A stretch of DNA of 64,000 bases, taken from contig OY781964.1 in NCBI GenBank assembly GCA_963677485.1, forward strand, positions 544,001 to 608,000, written 5' to 3'. The notes below the pieces were generated by a model. It was not told the origin of the DNA. It did not search any database and worked only from the letters and a program-made list of their open reading frames with translations. Positions 49,667 through 60,466 of this stretch are shown piece by piece. Both the position numbers and the translations under genes were made by a program. Numbering within the stretch: the stretch's first letter is position 1; every line of letters starts with the position of its first letter. This DNA is from Armatimonadota bacterium (GTDB lineage: Bacteria > Armatimonadota > HRBIN16).

Positions 49667-50692
49667 ATGACTATCGACGAAAGTATTCATGGAAACACCA
49701 CAGTACTAAAGCTGCAAGGCAGAATTGACGCCACCAGTGTGTCGGATACGGAACAGCACCTCAAAGGCGCGTATGACAGAGGTGTTCGGCAGATGGTGCT
49801 TGACCTTTCGGGTGTGGACTACATCAGCAGTGCCGGTCTTCGCGTGCTGCTCACCTCGGCCCGTCGCCTGCAGCAGGGCAAAGGAAAGCTGGTCATCGCC
49901 ACACCGTCGGCTCAGGCAAAGCACATACTGGACATGGCCGGTTTCTCAGCCATCATCCCTGTCATCGATAGTATCGACGACGCGATCGGCAGTTATGCCC
50001 CGCCCAAAGAAAAGACGGCTTCCGAGCCGATGATGCTCAGCTTTGCGGAGGAAATCTACCTTCTCGCTCTGGACGACAAACAGGGTGACATCAAGTCGCT
50101 CCCCGCCTCCGCACTCGATTACGCCCTCTCAGGTGCGCTGCTGATGGAGCTCGCGATCAAAGACCGTATCGACACCGATCCCGAAGGCTTGAAGGTCACA
50201 TCGTCTGAACCAACCAAAGACCCCCTGCTGGACTACGCTCTGGAGAAAATGAAGCTACAGACGCATCTACAGCCAACCTCTGTGTGGCTCAACGACTTCG
50301 CAAACCGGGCTGAGCGTCTGCAGAAGCGGGTGTTAACACGGCTGATTGATAGGTCCATCCTGAAACAAGAAGACCGCAAAGTGCTCTGGGTGTTCAACGT
50401 GCGCCGGTATCCCATGCAAGACAACTGCGAAGTGAAAGAAGTGCGCGAGCGGTTACGCGACATCATCCTCAGCGGCGACATCCCCGACCCTCGCGACATC
50501 GTGCTGATCAGCCTCGGCAACGCTTGCGGCCTACTCGATGACCTCTTTTCTGAGGATGAAATTCCTACCGCCACCGCGCGCATTACCCTTCTTGAGAAGA
50601 TGGACCTGATCGGCCAGGAGACTACCATAGCCATCCATGAGATTCAAGATGCGCTGGCGTTGATGTCCACGCACATGATGTGGAGTATGTAG
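49667..50692 (+). CDS. STAS anti-anti-sigma domain fused to a GPP34 (GOLPH3-like) domain
   Basis: DLSGVDYISSAGLRVLL; then LSFAEEIYLLALDD, ALSGALLMELA...RID, VLWVFNVRRYP, DPRDIVLI. Confidence 0.85.
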   Translation: MTIDESIHGNTTVLKLQGRIDATSVSDTEQHLKGAYDRGVRQMVLDLSGVDYISSAGLRVLLTSARRLQQGKGKLVIATPSAQAKHILDMAGFSAIIPVIDSIDDAIGSYAPPKEKTASEPMMLSFAEEIYLLALDDKQGDIKSLPASALDYALSGALLMELAIKDRIDTDPEGLKVTSSEPTKDPLLDYALEKMKLQTHLQPTSVWLNDFANRAERLQKRVLTRLIDRSILKQEDRKVLWVFNVRRYPMQDNCEVKEVRERLRDIILSGDIPDPRDIVLISLGNACGLLDDLFSEDEIPTATARITLLEKMDLIGQETTIAIHEIQDALALMSTHMMWSM

Positions 50693-50803
50693 CCCAAACA
50701 CTCTACCAATGAAATCACGCGACCACCACTGACGTCATGAGGCGACCGCCAGTCTGCATCGCCTCATAATCGAGCAAGTCCATATTATGGAAAAACGGAG
50801 ATT

Positions 50804-51841
50804 ATGATTTTGACGAGTAAATTTCAGTGTAATAAATCCGCACGATTGTGCTTCTTAGCACTCGCCGTGGTCGCCACGGTATCCCTCTTAACGGCCGTCA
50901 CCGGCTGCGGTCGAAAAGCACCGAGCACCACTGCTACGGGCGAAAAAAGCTATCGAGTCGCCTTTGCCTCATTCGGTCCTGACGCAGCGGCGGACAATGC
51001 CATCAAGGGATATATCGACGGGCTGGCGGCCGAGGGCATCGTTGAAGGCAAGAACCTGACAGTGATACGCAAGCACGCGTTTGGCGAGATCAGCCAGCTC
51101 CCGCTGCTCATGCAGTCTCTGGAATCCCAAAACATCGACCTGATCGTGCCTATGTCCACACCCGGACTTCAGGCCGCATTCGGTGCGGTGAAGAAGACAC
51201 CCATGGTTTTCGTCTACACATATGATCCGCTGGGAGCCGGTGCGGGCAAGAGCCTCACCGACCATCTACCGAATGTCACAGGTGTCGGCTCCTTCCCCCC
51301 CATCGAAGGCACCATGGAAGTGATCCTCAAACTATATCCGAACATCAAGAAGGTTGGTACCATCTACAACGCATCGGAAGCTAACTCAGTCAAAGCGGTC
51401 AAGGTGGCGCGTGAAGTGCTGAAAGCCAAAGGAATTAGTCTGGAAGAGGTCACTGTGACCGGCACTGCGGACGTCCATATGGCGGCTCAGGCACTGATAT
51501 CCCGCAAACCTGAAGTGATATGGGTCACAGGTGACAACACGGTTCTGCAGGCTCTGGAAGGCGTGATCAAACCCGCCACTTCTGCCCATTTGCCGGTGAT
51601 CATGAATGACCCGGAGTTTGTGGACCGTGGCGCGCTGGCGGCGGTTGGCATCGGCTGGCACACCAGCGGTATGGCTGCCGGCAAGATGGCCGCCAAGGTG
51701 CTGCGCGGTGAGTCGCCTGACGGTATGCCCATCGTGGAGCTGGCGGAACGCAGCATCGTCATCAACCAGAAGGTCGCCAAAGAGCTGGGTGTCACCTTCC
51801 CGCCTGAGATAATCAAAGAAGCGGTTCAGCAGATTAAATAG
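50804..51841 (+). CDS. ABC transporter substrate-binding lipoprotein (ABC_sub_bind family)
   Basis: VTGC lipobox; DPLGAG, NVTGV, VGTIYNASEANS, GDNTV, INQKVAKELG. Confidence 0.9.
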   Translation: MILTSKFQCNKSARLCFLALAVVATVSLLTAVTGCGRKAPSTTATGEKSYRVAFASFGPDAAADNAIKGYIDGLAAEGIVEGKNLTVIRKHAFGEISQLPLLMQSLESQNIDLIVPMSTPGLQAAFGAVKKTPMVFVYTYDPLGAGAGKSLTDHLPNVTGVGSFPPIEGTMEVILKLYPNIKKVGTIYNASEANSVKAVKVAREVLKAKGISLEEVTVTGTADVHMAAQALISRKPEVIWVTGDNTVLQALEGVIKPATSAHLPVIMNDPEFVDRGALAAVGIGWHTSGMAAGKMAAKVLRGESPDGMPIVELAERSIVINQKVAKELGVTFPPEIIKEAVQQIK

Positions 51842-51861
51842 CCGCTCCGTATCAGCATCAC

Positions 51862-51911
51862 AAGCCGGGTTGAGTGAAGGCCAACCGTATTTGGCCCATT
51901 CAACTCGGCTT
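51862..51911 (+). terminator. Long hairpin after the binding-protein gene (terminator or processing stem)
   Basis: aagccgggttgagtg..ggccaa / ttggcc..cattcaactcggctt; weak U-tract. Confidence 0.5.
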
Positions 51912-52055
51912 TGCAGGAACTAGATACATCAAAGGATAAATGTATAGTGGAAATGATCGCAGATTAGCAACAATCTATGATGCTCTATTCATACGCCTGT
52001 CAGACAGTAATAATCGTCTATCTATGGGAATTCCCGATTCGGAAGGACATTACCA

Positions 52056-53075
52056 TTGCTACATTCGATCTGTCACACTCACGCCACGAAGTTATGGGTA
52101 ATCTGTCTTGCCAGTATAGCCGCTTCGTGCGCTCTCGCTAAGCCACTCAAGCCCGTCTCACTCGCCCTGCAATGGTCCCACCAGGCCCAGTTCGCGGGTT
52201 ACTATATGGCTTTGAAAAAAGGCTTCTACAAGGACGAAGGGCTCAACTTACGGCTGATCAAGGGCGGTCCTGATGTTCGGATAAGGCAGCTACTCAAAAC
52301 CAAAAAAGCCGACTTTGGCTGCCTGATGCTGTCATCCGGCATGGATGAACGGGCCAACGGCATTCCGCTGGTTCACTTGGCGCAGGTGGTCAACCGCAGT
52401 AATTTTTTGATGGTGGCGTGGCGTGATGCCCCAGATGGAAAGAAGATCAGCAAACTGACCGACCTCGACGGTCGCAAGGTGACCATCTGGGCGCACGACT
52501 TCCGAGCACCATATCTAGCCATGTTCGCTACACACTCGATAAAACCTGTCATCCTCCCTCAGTACAGCACTTTCTCGCTATTCATGTACAAAGGTGCAGA
52601 TGCATTCGCAGGGATGCGTTATAACGAGTACCACACATTGCTGCAAAGCGGGGTGCTGGAGGACCAACTGATCGTTTTTGCACTGAAAGACTATGGTGCC
52701 AACCTGCCAGAGGACAGCCTGTTCTGCCTTGAGGCTAAGTGGAAAAGCGATCCCGGAGCCTGCAAGGCGTTTGCGCGGGCCTCTATGAAAGGCTGGAGGT
52801 ACGCCCGCGACCACTTCGAAGAGACTCTAGATACAGTGATGCAATACGTTGATGCAGACAACCTGCCGACGAACCGTCCTCATATGGCCTGGATGCTTAA
52901 GGGGATGGTCACATCGATATTCCCAGGAAAAGAGGGCGGATGGAAAGAGGGTTTGATTTCGCGTGAAGCCTACGCCGAAACACAGCGGATTTTATCGACA
53001 TATGCAGGCTTAAAAAACGCACCGAAATATGACGAATTTGTAGTGGGAGATGCGATCAATGAAGGTCTGCAATAA
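52056..53075 (+). CDS. NMT1/THI5-like periplasmic binding protein
   Basis: LQWSHQAQFAGYYMA..KGFY.DEGL, YNE, F.RAS.KGW.YA. Confidence 0.88.
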   Translation: MLHSICHTHATKLWVICLASIAASCALAKPLKPVSLALQWSHQAQFAGYYMALKKGFYKDEGLNLRLIKGGPDVRIRQLLKTKKADFGCLMLSSGMDERANGIPLVHLAQVVNRSNFLMVAWRDAPDGKKISKLTDLDGRKVTIWAHDFRAPYLAMFATHSIKPVILPQYSTFSLFMYKGADAFAGMRYNEYHTLLQSGVLEDQLIVFALKDYGANLPEDSLFCLEAKWKSDPGACKAFARASMKGWRYARDHFEETLDTVMQYVDADNLPTNRPHMAWMLKGMVTSIFPGKEGGWKEGLISREAYAETQRILSTYAGLKNAPKYDEFVVGDAINEGLQ

Positions 53076-55455
53076 TGTTCTAGCACGAAAACTAGTCACA
53101 TTCATCCTAGCCGGCACCGGCATTGTGCTGTTGTTGGTGATGGCATTTAGCTATACCGCACAAAAAAAACAGATGCTGCAACTGGCAGGTTTTGAAAGTG
53201 AAACTCTGACCGTCTCGATGGTGGCCCAAATCCAGGCATCACTGGCCCCTGTTGAGTCTATTGCGGAACAAACAGCCATACTTCTGGGCAAAAATGACAT
53301 GAATAGCAGTGCCAGTAAAGAGATCATACGGACAACTCTCAAGGCACACCCAGCAGTGTTCGGCATGGCCATCGCCCTCAGTGAAAAAACCGCGGCCACC
53401 ACCGATTTTGCAGTGCTCTATGGGTGGCATGATGGTCAGAACATCCCCGTGACCACCTACCCCAGTAGCGCTTATCAAGATGACTGGTTCTACCTGCCCA
53501 CCCACCTGAAGAAAGCCGTTTGGGTCGAACCATATTACGATTCGCAGTCCAAAACGACGATGGTCACCTATGCTGTGCCCGTTATGCGCAACGATGAGGT
53601 AATCGCTGTGGTCACCTGTGATCTCTCTTTGAGAAAGATCGGAGAACTGCTGCGGGATCTGCCTTTAGGTCCAGGTGGATTAGCGGTCTTGCTCTCCCGA
53701 AGGGGCACGTTCGTGTCACACCCAGACCATCCCGACCTGGAGATGAAGTCGACCATATTCAGCCTGGCTGAAGCCCAAACAGACCCCACCATTGCGAAGG
53801 GGGTCAATGACCTCGGGCACGCCATGCTCAGCGGGAAATCGGGTCAGATACGCTACCGGCGGCCATGGGGTAAGCAGGTGGATGTGGCATATATGTACTA
53901 TGCCACCGTGCCATCTACCCGATGGTCTATCGGCATATTCCGGCCTGAAAACCGGGTGCTGGCCCCTATGAACAACCTCAACCGTCAGAGCGCCATATTG
54001 GGCTTACTCGGCCTGGTGTTGCTGCTGCTCCCGGCACTATTCATCGCTCGGTCGGTAGCCATGCCCCTGCAGCGGCTGGCAAGTGCGGCTAACCAGCTTG
54101 CTAAAGGCAACTTTGGCACCGTATTACCTGAGGTTCACACTCATGATGAGGTAGAGTGCCTAACGGACTCCTTCAACACGATGAATGTCGAACTACACCG
54201 ATATATCACCGAACTCACCGCCACCACCGCCGCCAAGGAGCGTATCGCTGGCGAACTGTCCGCCGCCCGTGAGATACAGATGAGTATCGTGCCCAAGCTG
54301 CTCCCGCCGTTCCCCGACCGTCCAGACATCGACCTGTATGCCATGCTCATCCCCGCCCTGGAAGTGGGCGGCGACCTCTATGACTTCGCGCTTCTGGACG
54401 ATGACCACCTCTACATCGCAATCGGCGATGTATCAGGAAAAGGCGTGCCGGCCTCGCTGCTGATGGCGGTCGGTAAAACCCTGCTGAAGTCTACCATTCA
54501 GACGGTGAGGGCACCGGCTCGGGCCATGGCTCACGTCAACAACGAGCTGGCTGAAGACAACGAGTCGTGCATGTTCATCACTATGTTCGCCTGCATACTT
54601 AACCTTAAAACTGGTGATTTTATCTATTCAAATGCCGGACATAATCCCCCGTTGCTGGTGCGCAAGTCCGGCGAAGTGGAGCTGCTGACCGACCGGCCCA
54701 GCCCTGCTTTAGGGATGTGCATGGGTACCTCATATACGGACCACAGTCGGCATATGAACACCGGTGATATGCTGGTGCTGTATACCGACGGTGTGACAGA
54801 AGCCATGAATTCCAAGGGAGAGATGTATGGCGACGATGGCCTGATGGAGTTCATCCTCAAGGAGGGCCAGAGAGACGCCAGGGGGCTCATGGAGAGCCTG
54901 AGTGCGTCGGTACACTCCTTCGCAGCCGGTGCCGCCCAGTCAGATGACATCACCGCGCTGGCGGTTCGGTATCGCGCCGATCCCAAGGCAAACAGCCACA
55001 GTAGTCTTCCGCAAGCCGTAGATGAACACATCCCCATTTCAACGCTAGATCTCAAGAACGAACTGAACGAGATATCGAGGATGGCGGTATGGATCGAAGA
55101 ACAAAGCGGCGCACTGAACCTTTCACCAGTGATGCAGATGAACATCAACCTGGCACTGGAGGAGTGGTTGGTCAACGTCATATCGTATGCCTTCGAAGAG
55201 ACCTCAGAACACATCATAAAACTGCGCCTCTGGTATCGGCAGGCGAAAGTTGTGATAGAGATTGAGGACGATGGCTGCCCATTTGATCCCACCGCTCAAG
55301 CCGACGCTGATACCTCGCTGCCGCTGGAACACCGGCAGATTGGCGGCCTTGGTATCCACTTCATCCGGCACACCATGGACGAATTCGACTACCGTCGTGA
55401 AAACGAAAAGAACATTGTGACGATGTCCAAAGACATAAATGAAGAGGCCAAATGA
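53050..55455 (+). CDS. Cache-HAMP-SpoIIE (PP2C) phosphatase fused to an RsbW-like HATPase
   Basis: WVEPYYD (Cache); HAMP; EVGGDLYD, IGDVSGKG, NAGHNPP, YTDGVTEA, DDIT; LALEE..VNVISY, DDG.PFDP, GGLGIHFI. Confidence 0.92.
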   Translation: MRSMKVCNNVLARKLVTFILAGTGIVLLLVMAFSYTAQKKQMLQLAGFESETLTVSMVAQIQASLAPVESIAEQTAILLGKNDMNSSASKEIIRTTLKAHPAVFGMAIALSEKTAATTDFAVLYGWHDGQNIPVTTYPSSAYQDDWFYLPTHLKKAVWVEPYYDSQSKTTMVTYAVPVMRNDEVIAVVTCDLSLRKIGELLRDLPLGPGGLAVLLSRRGTFVSHPDHPDLEMKSTIFSLAEAQTDPTIAKGVNDLGHAMLSGKSGQIRYRRPWGKQVDVAYMYYATVPSTRWSIGIFRPENRVLAPMNNLNRQSAILGLLGLVLLLLPALFIARSVAMPLQRLASAANQLAKGNFGTVLPEVHTHDEVECLTDSFNTMNVELHRYITELTATTAAKERIAGELSAAREIQMSIVPKLLPPFPDRPDIDLYAMLIPALEVGGDLYDFALLDDDHLYIAIGDVSGKGVPASLLMAVGKTLLKSTIQTVRAPARAMAHVNNELAEDNESCMFITMFACILNLKTGDFIYSNAGHNPPLLVRKSGEVELLTDRPSPALGMCMGTSYTDHSRHMNTGDMLVLYTDGVTEAMNSKGEMYGDDGLMEFILKEGQRDARGLMESLSASVHSFAAGAAQSDDITALAVRYRADPKANSHSSLPQAVDEHIPISTLDLKNELNEISRMAVWIEEQSGALNLSPVMQMNINLALEEWLVNVISYAFEETSEHIIKLRLWYRQAKVVIEIEDDGCPFDPTAQADADTSLPLEHRQIGGLGIHFIRHTMDEFDYRRENEKNIVTMSKDINEEAK

Positions 55456-57466
55456 TGTTGATCCGCCTCAGAAGGAGCACACGGACTTGAGAATATTGAA
55501 AAGCCTGTGGTTGGGAGTGATGCTGATATTGGTCACTTCCGCTATGCTGCTGTTCTCGGACCTTGACAGCCGCAAGGTGAATGAACCAGCCCCTTCAGTC
55601 AAATCATTGCCAAAACTGGCGGTGATGCAGTGGGCATCTACGGACTTGCTGGACCACACAGTGGAGGGTATCATTGAGGGACTGCGCCAGCAAGGGTATA
55701 TCAACGGAAAAACAGCGGACATCCGCATGTTCAATGCCTCTGGTGATAACACAACCGGATATGCCATCGCTCAAGATTTAGTAAGCGGCCGTTACGACAT
55801 GATATTGACCGCCAGCACGCTGGCCTTGCAAGCGGTGGCTAAGACCAATAAAGATGGCCGTGTGGTGCATGTTTTCGGTGCGGTCACCGATCCATATGGT
55901 GCCGGCGTCGGCATCACCGGCCCCGGGCTTGACCAACACCCCCCGCATCTAGTGGGCGTGGGCACGTTCCAGCCCGTTGATCGGGCTTTTCGCATCGCAC
56001 GGCAGATGAACCCCACGATCAATACCGTAGGTGTTGTCTGGAGCCCCGGGGAAAGCAATTCGGAAGCTTGTGTCAAAAAGGCTAAACTCATCTGCAAAGA
56101 GTTGGGCATCAAGCTAATTGAGGCCAATGCGGGCACCACCACTGAGGTATCGGAAGCGGTTAGATCAGTGCTGGCCCGTGGCTGCAAGGCGATCTGGGTG
56201 GGCGGCGACACGGTTGCCAACTCATCTATTGGCACGATCATTTCTACTGCACGAGCCGCAATGGTGCCGGTGTTCACCAATGACCCAACCGATTCCTCCC
56301 GAGGTGCCATTTTCGGCATCGGAGCATCATACCAAAAAGTGGGGGCTGCTGTCGGCGAAATCGGTGGACAGATACTCAAGGGAGCCAGCCCTAAGTCATG
56401 GGGTGTCAAAAGCCTGGTACCCGAAGTGTTGACGATCAATAAGGCCGTTGCCAGCAAGTTTACGGGCTGGACTGTCTCTGCCGATCTATTGAAGCAGGCA
56501 GCAGCCTCAGCTTCTGCGTCTAGTGCCGTCACACCCGCAAACCAGCGATCGCCGGATAGAGAGAAGGCCAAGCCATGGGAGATCAGGATCGTCCGATATA
56601 ATGACGCCCAGTTTTCGGAAGAGACATGGCGCGGCATCATGGACGGATTTAAGAAGCAGGGGCTGCAGGAGGGACGCGACTTCAATGTACGCTGCCTCAA
56701 CGCGCAAGGCGATATGGTCACACTGACCAGCATCCTGACCGCCATCCGGGCAGAGAAGCCCGATGTCGTCATGCCGATTTCCACCCCCGCTCTGCAGGCA
56801 ACCCTGCAGCAGCTTCACGGTGTTCCCATCATTTTCGCCGCTGTGGGAGATGGTGTGGTTGCGGGTGCAGGCAGATCGGTGACCGATCATATGCCTAATG
56901 TGACAGGTATTACCACGCGTTCGCCATTTGAGGAGATGGCGAAGCTGATCAAAGATTCGGTACCTGGAATACGAAAAGTGGGCACACTCTTTACCCCGGC
57001 AGAAATCAATAGCGTGACCTACCGCAAGTGGTTTGGTGATGCCCTGCAGAAGGAAGGGCTTGAACTGGTCGCCGTGCCTGTGACGACAAGTGCCGAAACC
57101 TCAGAAGCCGCCACGGCTCTGCTGCAGTCTGGCATCCAGCTCATCGCCCAGATCACTGACAGCACCACACGCTCCGGTTTACCCCAGGTTGTAAAGCGCG
57201 CCAGCGCGGCTAAAATACCATTCTTTAGCTTCGACAGTTCACTGATCGACTCCGGTGCAACGCTGGCTTTGGCACGGGACTACTATCATACTGGTATCGA
57301 ATCATCTGAGGCGGCGGTGCGTGTGCTGCGAGGCACATCACCGAAAGATATCCCCTTCGCCAACACCATAACTGAATCACTGACACTCAACAAAGCTCTT
57401 ATCACCAAATATGGCATTCGCTTGTCTTCCGATATGTTACGAAAAGTAAAAAGTAGTGGTAAATAG
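55439..57466 (+). CDS. Tandem double ABC substrate-binding protein
   Basis: N-terminal TM anchor and two ABC_sub_bind units (VTDPYGAG...ESNS; NAQGD...NVTGI...EINS). Confidence 0.88.
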   Translation: MKRPNDVDPPQKEHTDLRILKSLWLGVMLILVTSAMLLFSDLDSRKVNEPAPSVKSLPKLAVMQWASTDLLDHTVEGIIEGLRQQGYINGKTADIRMFNASGDNTTGYAIAQDLVSGRYDMILTASTLALQAVAKTNKDGRVVHVFGAVTDPYGAGVGITGPGLDQHPPHLVGVGTFQPVDRAFRIARQMNPTINTVGVVWSPGESNSEACVKKAKLICKELGIKLIEANAGTTTEVSEAVRSVLARGCKAIWVGGDTVANSSIGTIISTARAAMVPVFTNDPTDSSRGAIFGIGASYQKVGAAVGEIGGQILKGASPKSWGVKSLVPEVLTINKAVASKFTGWTVSADLLKQAAASASASSAVTPANQRSPDREKAKPWEIRIVRYNDAQFSEETWRGIMDGFKKQGLQEGRDFNVRCLNAQGDMVTLTSILTAIRAEKPDVVMPISTPALQATLQQLHGVPIIFAAVGDGVVAGAGRSVTDHMPNVTGITTRSPFEEMAKLIKDSVPGIRKVGTLFTPAEINSVTYRKWFGDALQKEGLELVAVPVTTSAETSEAATALLQSGIQLIAQITDSTTRSGLPQVVKRASAAKIPFFSFDSSLIDSGATLALARDYYHTGIESSEAAVRVLRGTSPKDIPFANTITESLTLNKALITKYGIRLSSDMLRKVKSSGK

Positions 57467-57469
57467 AAC

Positions 57470-58720
57470 ATGCAAATAGAGACCCAGCTTCATGAAACCT
57501 ATGCACTGGTATGTGTCACAGGTCGGCTGGACGCCGCCTGGGCTGACCATTTCCAGGAGGTGATTCGCGACCTCATCAGGGCAGGAAGCGACGACATCCG
57601 AGTAGACGCTGAGCAACTGGAATACCTCAGTTCAGCCGGTATACGCGCCTTGTTGAAGGTTCGGCGTGAAGTCGAACAGGTGAATGGATCGTTTGGCGTC
57701 ATCCGCGCATCTACCTTCGTACACGACACGCTACGGCTATCCGGCATGGAAGCACTGCTGCGTGTATACGAGGAACCAGTTGCCGCGATACCCCCAAAAG
57801 CAGACGATGCGGCTCCACCACCAGCATCTGTGGTTCCTGGGGTGTGGTTTGAAACCCACGCCCTGGCGTCTCAACAGCCCATACAGGTGCAAGCTCACTC
57901 GGGATGGAAACCATGGGATATCTTGAAGCCGGGCAGTTCTCAGGAGATAGACTTTTCACGCCCTGTGTTCGGCTTTGGCATCGGTGCTTCGGGACGTGAT
58001 GCGCAGGATGCCAGCACCCGGTTCGGTGACTTCGCAGCGGCTGGCGGTTATGTCTCATGGCTGGCTGGTGATGGCATAGACAAGCCCGACTACCTCGAAC
58101 AGGCGGAACAGTTTTCCCCACACCTGTATACCATCCAGGCACTCACCGGAACTGGCGCATTCACCCACCTGCTGCGCTTCCGGCCCGAAACAAAGGATGT
58201 AGTTCTCAATATTTCCGACCTCTACGAACAAGTTCTCAACGCCACACAATCTGACGCTGCGGCTGTCGTGGCCATGCTTGAGGTGGAGGGTCTGGTCGGT
58301 GCTGCCTTAGCGAAATCACCAGCCGCCATCACAGATGCTGACCGACCGGGTGAGTTCCCAGAGGTGCGTGAATGGCTGGCATTCTGCGGCGAACGGCTCC
58401 ACAGGAGGACACTGGCCCTGGTCATCGCTTTTGTGTGCAGGGACTCAGAGCATCCGATCAGCCGCTATCTATCGCCTGTGCCATCAAAGCCCGACATCTA
58501 CGCTCACGCCCATGCAGTGGTTCTACCCTTTTCGGCCTTACCTCAAGGCATGCTGGATCTAGACGCATCCATCAGCACGGCTTACCAAAACAGCGACCCC
58601 ATTGCGTTGCTTCACCTCATTGAGGACGACAGACCAGTCATCGGGCTGGGGCAGAGTTCCTTCATTCAAGGTGCCTGCTGGTGCGCACCAATACAATTTC
58701 GACCGGAGACTAAATCATGA
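57470..58720 (+). CDS. STAS-domain protein with a long uncharacterised C-terminal domain
   Basis: GRLDA, LEYLSSAGIRALL, L.LSG; about 300 unrecognised residues follow. Confidence 0.8.
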   Translation: MQIETQLHETYALVCVTGRLDAAWADHFQEVIRDLIRAGSDDIRVDAEQLEYLSSAGIRALLKVRREVEQVNGSFGVIRASTFVHDTLRLSGMEALLRVYEEPVAAIPPKADDAAPPPASVVPGVWFETHALASQQPIQVQAHSGWKPWDILKPGSSQEIDFSRPVFGFGIGASGRDAQDASTRFGDFAAAGGYVSWLAGDGIDKPDYLEQAEQFSPHLYTIQALTGTGAFTHLLRFRPETKDVVLNISDLYEQVLNATQSDAAAVVAMLEVEGLVGAALAKSPAAITDADRPGEFPEVREWLAFCGERLHRRTLALVIAFVCRDSEHPISRYLSPVPSKPDIYAHAHAVVLPFSALPQGMLDLDASISTAYQNSDPIALLHLIEDDRPVIGLGQSSFIQGACWCAPIQFRPETKS

Positions 58721-59658
58721 CACTCGTCATCGGAGCTCTGACCATGGGGCTTATCATATCACTTCTATCCATGGGAGTCTGGCTCAGTTTCCGAATACTA
58801 CGCTATTGTGATATCACGGTCGATGGATCGATTACCCTTGGGGCCTCGGTCTGCGCGGTGATGCTTATCGGTGGCTGGTCACCTTGGTTAGCCACTCTGG
58901 CCGCAATATTAGCTGGCGGGCTCGCGGGGCTGGTCACTGGGCTGCTGCATACACGTTTCCGCATACAGGAACTGCTGTCAGGTATTTTGGTCATGACCGC
59001 GCTCTATTCCGTCAACCTGCGTGTGATGGGGCGCAGCAACGTGCCGTTGCTGAATGTAAAGAACCTGTCAGACCCCCTCGCCGCATTGCTCACAAAAGCC
59101 ACAGGCCAAGCTGAGTCGCTGCTTGTGTTCGGCTGGCCGGTCCCCATCCGTGACCTGGCGATGCTGATCACCGTGTTTCTGGTCACCTTAGTGATCGCGC
59201 TGCTCATTAGGTGGTTCATGCTGACCCATGTGGGCACAGCGATGCGCGCTACCGGCGAAAACGCCCAAATGGTGCGGGCACAAGGCGTCAATGACCAGAC
59301 GATGCTGGTTTGGGGGTTGGGATTCGCCAACGCGCTGGTCGGGATGTCAGGTGCCCTGCTGGCGCAGTACCAGGGTTTCGCCGATGTGCAGATGGGCATC
59401 GGCATGATGGTATGGGGGTTAGCCAGCGTGATCATCGGCGAGGCTTTGGTAGGCCATTCTTCCCCAGGACTGGCACTCTGTGGTGCCATTATGGGCACTA
59501 TACTTTTCCGGCTGCTCGTGGCCATCGCACTGCGGTGGGGCCTTGATCCCAACGACCTCAAACTCGTCACAGCCATATTTGTTTTGGCCGCCTCTATTTT
59601 GCCAACCAGCCTGAAGATATGGGCAGACAAACTGGCCAGGGGGCGATCAAATGCTTAG
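58717..59658 (+). CDS. ABC transporter permease
   Basis: DITVDGSITLG, LLSGILVMTALYSVNLRVMG, GTAMRATGEN, MG.G....GLASVIIGE. Confidence 0.92.
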   Translation: MTLVIGALTMGLIISLLSMGVWLSFRILRYCDITVDGSITLGASVCAVMLIGGWSPWLATLAAILAGGLAGLVTGLLHTRFRIQELLSGILVMTALYSVNLRVMGRSNVPLLNVKNLSDPLAALLTKATGQAESLLVFGWPVPIRDLAMLITVFLVTLVIALLIRWFMLTHVGTAMRATGENAQMVRAQGVNDQTMLVWGLGFANALVGMSGALLAQYQGFADVQMGIGMMVWGLASVIIGEALVGHSSPGLALCGAIMGTILFRLLVAIALRWGLDPNDLKLVTAIFVLAASILPTSLKIWADKLARGRSNA

Positions 59659-60463
59659 CATACGGCATCTCAGCAAAACTTTCTTTCCCAACACACCAAA
59701 CGAAGTTCGAGCCTTAACCGGTATCGACCTCGACATCCCTGAGGGCACCTTCACCGCCATCATAGGCACGAATGGCTCAGGCAAGAGCACCCTGTTGAAT
59801 GCCATCGCTGGCACATTTGAGCCTGACCAAGGTTCGATACACATCAAAGGGCAAGACATCTCACGTTGGCCGGAATACCGCCGTGCCTCGTTGATTGGAC
59901 GGGTGTTTCAGAACCCATTTGCGGGCACCGCCGCAGAGATGTCCATCGCTGAGAACATCGCCATGGCCATGAGACGTGGATGCCGGAGGGGATTGGGAAT
60001 GGCACTCAAGCGGTCATACCGTGACGAGATTCGCGACCGCATCCGCACGCTCAACCTGGGGCTGGAAGACCGCCTGGATAACCCCATCGGCACGCTCTCG
60101 GGCGGACAGCGGCAGGCACTGACACTGTTGATGGCCACATGGCTGCGTCCCAGCCTGCTGTTATTGGATGAGCACACCGCAGCACTCGATCCCAAAAGCG
60201 CCGCTCAGGTGGCGGAACTCACTTTGTCTATCATTAAGCAGCAAAAACTGACGGCTCTGATGGTCACACACTCGATGCAGCAGGCGGTGCAGCTCTCCGA
60301 ACGGATCATCATGATGCACAAGGGGCAGATCGTGCGGCAATATGAAGGGCCAGAAAAGTCCAGAACGAACGTCTCCGATCTGTTGGCCGCGTTTGACCAC
60401 TTGCGCCGGCGCGAACAACTGGATCCAGCCGTCGCCGAAATCCTGAGCAGGCAATACATATAG
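59651..60463 (+). CDS. ABC transporter ATP-binding protein
   Basis: GTNGSGKST, LSGGQRQ, LLLDEH, MVTH. Confidence 0.95.
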   Translation: MLSIRHLSKTFFPNTPNEVRALTGIDLDIPEGTFTAIIGTNGSGKSTLLNAIAGTFEPDQGSIHIKGQDISRWPEYRRASLIGRVFQNPFAGTAAEMSIAENIAMAMRRGCRRGLGMALKRSYRDEIRDRIRTLNLGLEDRLDNPIGTLSGGQRQALTLLMATWLRPSLLLLDEHTAALDPKSAAQVAELTLSIIKQQKLTALMVTHSMQQAVQLSERIIMMHKGQIVRQYEGPEKSRTNVSDLLAAFDHLRRREQLDPAVAEILSRQYI

Positions 60464-60466
60464 GAT

